Source: Strigamia acuminata
Lineage: Eukaryota
Direction of reading: 5' to 3'
DNA: 64,000 bases
Assembly (NCBI GenBank): GCA_949358305.1
Contig: OX442314.1
Span: forward strand, 21,886,001-21,950,000
The first letter of the stretch is position 1. Each line of letters opens with the position of its first letter. The position numbers and the translations under genes were made by a program. Below the pieces are notes generated by a model. The model worked only from the letters and a program-made list of their open reading frames with translations. It was not told the DNA's origin and did not search any database. This document shows positions 63,448 through 64,000 of this stretch, piece after piece.

Positions 63448-63977
63448 TCAGAATGTTAACCTAAATTTAGCAAATCTAGCTACAATGGTGATTAGTTCGT
63501 GATAGCATGTGTTGACTTGGCCGGCAAACTCATCACCTCCAGCCAACACTTGGATACCTTCGACAAAAGCACTAGTTACTGGCACCCACTTAGACTTAAA
63601 AATATTTTTAAGTAGTTTGATGTATTTTTTAAAGCTTGGAAATACGACATCAAAAATGTAATTTTTGACTTGATCGTATTGAGCTTCGATTTTTTCACAA
63701 TTCTTTTTATATTCAGAACAGAAAGTATCGTAAAGTGTTTCTAAAAATAATAATAATAATAATTCAGTAAATATTATATTCACACAAAAATCAACTTGCT
63801 CAATACGCTGACGCTTAAAGTATCGAAATACGTCTTCAATTTTCTTAATAATATTTCTCCATCTACTGCTATGGTATTGCAGACCTTATCATCATTCCAA
63901 CCATTGAAAACAATCGCATGATCAATTATGGATTTGTAGTTAAGAAGATTATTTGATGATAATTTTTTTGCGTCTAG
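63448..63977 (-). CDS. 3' exons of an unknown protein, possible distant paralog of the secreted family
   Basis: Two exons (~63977-63800 and ~63740-63448) with VCN..LLRK, CX6C, D.vFP.fK and a C-terminal Cys in the same order as in the family. Confidence 0.5.
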
Positions 63978-64000
63978 CTGTGTAATAAATGTTGTATTTT

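Overview
AT-rich eukaryotic (probably arthropod-like) genomic window with short (~50-70 nt) introns. It starts with the 3' end of an RNF216/TRIAD3-like RBR E3 ligase gene, followed by two decayed copies of that gene arranged as an inverted pair. Next is an acid-lipase (lipase-3/LIPA-type) cluster: three compact genes at 4-10 kb, one fragment, and a fourth gene at 53.5-62.7 kb whose intron holds a young Mag-like Gypsy element. Between the lipases lies a tandemly duplicated block encoding a family of ~238-aa secreted, Cys-containing proteins I do not recognise (two intact copies, one frameshifted, one truncated, plus a possible distant paralog at the window end). This block is riddled with mobile elements: a DIRS1-type element with ITRs, ICR and non-DIRS internal sequence; two ISL2EU-like TIR elements (one carrying a captured sugar-transporter fragment); several MITEs; a solo LTR; and a 14-kb Gypsy element with 1.59-kb LTRs, a tRNA-Gln PBS, a -1 frameshift signal and an intact, non-Env third ORF with a DnaJ-type zinc finger. 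All calls are by eye; no database searches were run.
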